This document shows positions 59,980-64,000 of a stretch of DNA of 64,000 nucleotides, one piece after another; the stretch's first letter is position 1; each line of letters begins with the position of its first letter. Under the pieces are notes generated by a model. The model was not told the DNA's origin and searched no databases. It saw nothing but the letters and a program-made list of their open reading frames with translations. This DNA comes from Macrostomum lignano (Eukaryota). The stretch covers positions 186,001-250,000 of the forward strand of contig NIVC01000628.1 in the NCBI GenBank assembly GCA_002269645.1, in the 5' to 3' direction. A program made the position numbers and the translations under genes.

Positions 59980-60823
59980 GTGAGAGAGGAGAGGTCACGG
60001 CGTATTGAGGTCTAAAATTATTGGCTACCGGTTTCAAGCCTCTGGGCTCTTCGTCAGGCCAAAAGGACCGGTTTCTGTTTCTTCATTGTCCGTCGTCAGC
60101 TGATCTTAACTGATGAGCCAGGACCTCACAGTTAAAGGCGCATGTTCGAAGTTCTAATAAACTTTTGTAACCATACATGTAAAAAAGATTCGCTTAACAT
60201 TCTGTTCTGTCTACTTTTAATAGGCAATAACAAAAGTCACTAAAATCACGAAATTTTCCGTCGGGAGGTCGTAATAGCTAAATTTAATGAAACTTTATTT
60301 GAAGGCTCAATTTTGCTTTAAAAAGCATTGGCAAGATAAAAAGTTCAAAAACAAATCTCTTTGTATGAAGATGCAAGCTTATAAAGTGGCTGAGTGATTG
60401 AATTCGATTTACAATGTTGGCAATAAATTAAACTTAACTACATCCCGTGCTTAACTTGGTATCTCCTTTAAAGTGTTTTACGTCCGCCGACTTCTACTGC
60501 CAAATCTGGAGGTGTATAATAATAAATATTCGCAGAAGGGTTGCGGGCACCCTCTGGCACATCGTCCGACAAGCCAGCTCTGAGGCAATTCTGCCCGTTC
60601 CGCTGACTCCTGAGCTACATACAAGTGCAATACAATACTGTGCGCAGACACTCATTCATACGCACGCGCACACAGGGTGTACAGCAGCCCTGACTTCTAA
60701 TCGTCAGGCATGAACACTCGCTGTGCCTTGCGGGTTGGCCCTCATGGCCTGTGAACCGCCGCACAACTGAATGTGGCCACCCCCAATCCGCACTGTAAAA
60801 CTGCACTGCGCCCTCACACACAG

Positions 60824-61288
60824 GCCTCCGTGATGCCCAGTCTGGGCGGTCTCATGGCCGACTGCCAGTTCAACGGGCGCCAGTGCACGCCGGAGAATTT
60901 CACTGAGATTGTCAGCCCGGAGTTCGGTCGCTGTTATTCGTTTAATTTTCGCGGCTCAGAGCGAGTTCGGTCGGCCGGGCCCGACTCGGGCCTGTTCCTG
61001 AGCCTGTTCGCCAACCAGTCCGACTACGTGGCCGGCCTGGCCAACTCGGTCGGCTTCCGCCTGGTGCTGCACCGGCCTGGCGAGCTGCCGCTGTCGGGCA
61101 GCGAGGGCTTCGACCTGGCGCCGGGGCTGCTCACCAGGGTTGGCTTCGCGCCGAGAGTCCAGCTAGTGCTGCCGCCGCCCTACGGCAAGTGCAGGCGAGT
61201 TGGAGCCAAGGAGAATTCTGAGCGGAATCTGTTCAGCGCGATGGTGGCAGATCCGGTAACCAATGCTAGTCTGGTGAAGTACACCAAG
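60824..61288 (+). CDS. DEG/ENaC channel, exon 3
   Basis: DCQFNGRQC, FGRCYSFN, GPDSGLFL, VGFRLVLH, PPPYGKC; donor AAG|GTGAGA. Confidence 0.88.
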
Positions 61289-61807
61289 GTGAGAGATGCA
61301 TTCATTCACCACAGACCGCTAAAATTAGAAAGTAAGGACACTTGGTTTCTAGGAAAAAATTGAAGGTTAATGGTTTCCAAGAAAGAACATTTTCGAGAGT
61401 GGCCTTTTTCATTTTTTAACATTACCATCGTTCCGAGGGGCACAAAGGGTACAAATACAATATCCAAAGGCACTGAAAGCTCAAAGGCAGCGTCTCCTTC
61501 ATAAAATCTCATGAATGTCTTTGCAAGAATTTTAGGGCTGGGTTATTATTCCTAAAATCAGATTTGTTATAATATTAGTAAAATAATTTAGTATATTAGA
61601 TAAGCATAATATCGGTCTCACATGACGATGTCGCTCGATCTCTATATTGATAGTGCATTTTTTAAATCGTGAGCTTCCACAAATTTCCAAAATAGGAAGT
61701 AGTCCTGTCCTACTTTTTTAGTCGTATTTTAGGTTGATATACATGAATTAAAAATAGATTATATTCTAAGCCGATCTTATGAAGCCATTTGATGTCTAAA
61801 CCCCCAG

Positions 61808-62377
61808 GCCACCTGCTTACTCTCCTGTACTCAGCGCCTGGCCCTCCAGCATCCGGCCTGTCGCTGCTTCATCCCACGCTACTACGCCCCCGAAGAGATT
61901 CGCCTGGCCAGCAAAGCCTGCGAGATTCGACGCGGCCGCGAGAGCCCCTGCCTGCAGCGGGCGTTCTTGTCAGCCGCGGCAGCCGCCTGCGACGCAGCCT
62001 GCCCCGACCAGTGCAGCCGAGTGCGCTACCGGGCGACCATCAGCGCCTCGGGCTGGCCCACGGCTGTGACATCCACCAGGCTTCTGCACCGTCTTGCTAG
62101 TCGCCACCTGGTGCCAAGCAAACTGATGCGCCGATTATCCCGCGGTCAGCAGAGACAGTTTATCCAGCAGAATGCTTTGGCCGCCTCTGTCTACGTGGAG
62201 GAGCTTCGAATTCGCTTTAGCCGACAGGAGAGCTCCTACGGCCTTGCCGACCTGCTGTCTGACATCGGTGGCCAAGGTGGCCTTTGGCTTGGCGTCAGCT
62301 TTTTAACTGTTTGCGAACTACTCGAAATGCTGGCCAAACTTTTCCAACTCTGCTGCTGTGGTTTCTGGGCTCGGTGA
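61808..62377 (+). CDS. DEG/ENaC channel, exon 4 (Cys-rich thumb and TM2)
   Basis: ccccag|ATCLLSCTQ...CRC...CPDQC; YGLADLLSDIGGQGGLWLGVSFLTVCE carries the GxS filter; about 557 aa in total. Confidence 0.88.
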   Translation, partial: ATCLLSCTQRLALQHPACRCFIPRYYAPEEIRLASKACEIRRGRESPCLQRAFLSAAAAACDAACPDQCSRVRYRATISASGWPTAVTSTRLLHRLASRHLVPSKLMRRLSRGQQRQFIQQNALAASVYVEELRIRFSRQESSYGLADLLSDIGGQGGLWLGVSFLTVCELLEMLAKLFQLCCCGFWAR

Positions 62378-63721
62378 AGCTATTTTTGACCCAACAAGTA
62401 AAAATTTAGAGGGAAGGTGTTCACGCACGAGCTTAATTGTTTTGCATAGAGAAGTGATTAAAACTATTTTACAAAAACCACAGGGAGGAATTGCACAAAC
62501 TATACTATAACTATAATGTTGAGAGTAATAGGCGTTGCTAAGCGGGCTGTCGGATTAAACAAGGCTTCCTGATTATATAGGTTAAAGAGGAGTGTGCTAG
62601 CAATTAGGAATAGAGCAGATCCTTTTGTCTGGAATTTATAAGCTATTCTCAATTAATAAAAACCCGTTTTAGACAGCATGAAATCAAAAAATATAGGACT
62701 GGTGCCAATTGATTCACAATCGTTTATTTAATTCATCAGCCAGCCACTGATTGCTGACTTGAGGACAAATCGGACAGATTCCCAAAGTTGCACAATATTG
62801 AAAGTTACAAACGCGAATTCAGTCATTTTAGAAATGACGTAATTAGAAAAGTTCATTTCGTTTTTTAGTTGCAACCTAAATTATAAATCATCTCAAGTGA
62901 CAGGTTTAAAACTTTTAAGTAGGTAAAGCATTTTTTTATTTGGAGAAATAAATGACATAATCATATAAAAAATATCCTAAATTTGTTCTTATTTAATAAC
63001 GGAATAATTACGGACAATTTTGTATTATCGAGCCCCGAAAACTTCCAATATTTTACTTCAAGTTATTGTATTTCTAGATCGTCTTGAGTCTAGTAGTGAT
63101 TATTTTAAGTAACATATAGGATTTTAAAAAAAATTGGCTTTATGTTTATTAAATGGAAATTTGAATCTACTTCCTAATTATCTTGTATCATAATTGTAAC
63201 ACTGCTTTGTCTTTACATAAAAATTTTTAGTTAATATATGTAACTTTCTTCTGTTTGATTCTTTCATTATGATTAATATTGTCTATTAAAATTGATAAAG
63301 TATCAGCCTGCTCAATTTAAAAATGTGTTTACTGGCCTGAGCAAAAGGCTACTTCTACTACTACATGGCTAGTACTATTGTTGTGCTGTATATTTATTAT
63401 TAACATTAAATATCTTTATTTATATGAAATATACAAGTTACATTAATAATATATAATATAGAAATTATTGAAGCTTGGTAATATAACTGTCTTATTCGGT
63501 TTAGCAGGCCGCCAAGAACCACCAATATTAGGGCCCTTCAAAGTAAAGAATTCTAAAACAGCAAGTGTGCAGCTGCATGCTAAAGAAAATTGGGCAAAGT
63601 CCTACTTTGCTGCGTTAAATTATTTTGACGATAAAAAGTTAAAATCACGCTAATTAGAGTTACAGTTACACTGGAGTAGAGTTAGGAGAGTAGTTAGAAG
63701 GACGTAGGCCCATGTTAGCAA

Positions 63722-63967
63722 TTAATAGTAGTGAGCAACCCAGTACATGAAGTTGCCGAATGTCTTCTCCGGGAAGAGGCGGCGCCAGAGGAACTCATTC
63801 AGGTGAGTCTCGAACAGTGCATCACTCGTGCCATGCATCCTTCGGAATTTGTCCTTGACATGTGCCCACGATCCCTCAATGGTGTTGGTGTGCACGGTGG
63901 GGTCGTTAGGGTCGACAAAGTGCAGATGGTGGTTCACCAATGGCATAAATGAAAAAAAAGAGGTCAA
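63722..63967 (-). mobile_element. ISXO2/IS1595 (Merlin-like) transposase C-terminal fragment, partial at the window edge
   Basis: VNH...FVDP...VHTNTIEGSWAHVK...HLNEFLWRR is the typical ISXO2-like motif. Confidence 0.8.
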
Positions 63968-64000
63968 AATAATTTAACGCAGCTTTGGGATCTAACGACT

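Overview
Eukaryotic (animal) genomic DNA with GC-rich exons and long introns filled with tandem repeats. The style suggests a repeat-rich invertebrate such as a free-living flatworm; this is inference only. Six host genes can be assembled by hand from GT-AG junctions with consistent reading phase: (1) a CYLD-type USP deubiquitinase homolog (minus strand, 15548 to <283) with catalytic Cys->Ser and His->Arg and no CAP-Gly domains, i.e. a probable pseudo-DUB; (2) a CPFC glutaredoxin (minus); (3) a C3orf84/CIMIP7-like HDNR protein (plus); (4) INTS12 (plus); (5) an NPY/NPF-receptor-like GPCR (plus) whose intron-1 acceptor is triplicated in frame; (6) a DEG/ENaC channel (plus). Region 34.7-43.0 kb is a nested set of decayed elements: Crypton-type tyrosine recombinase (YR) element A, interrupted by a Ty3/Gypsy LTR retrotransposon with a 5-bp TSD, which itself contains a second, different YR element B. 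The two LTRs differ by a swapped central module. The rest is Helitron-like elements carrying satellites, MITE/foldback elements, tRNA-derived SINE heads, a Merlin/IS1595-like transposase fragment and more than 25 tandem arrays. All protein-family calls come from motifs recalled from memory; no database search was run.
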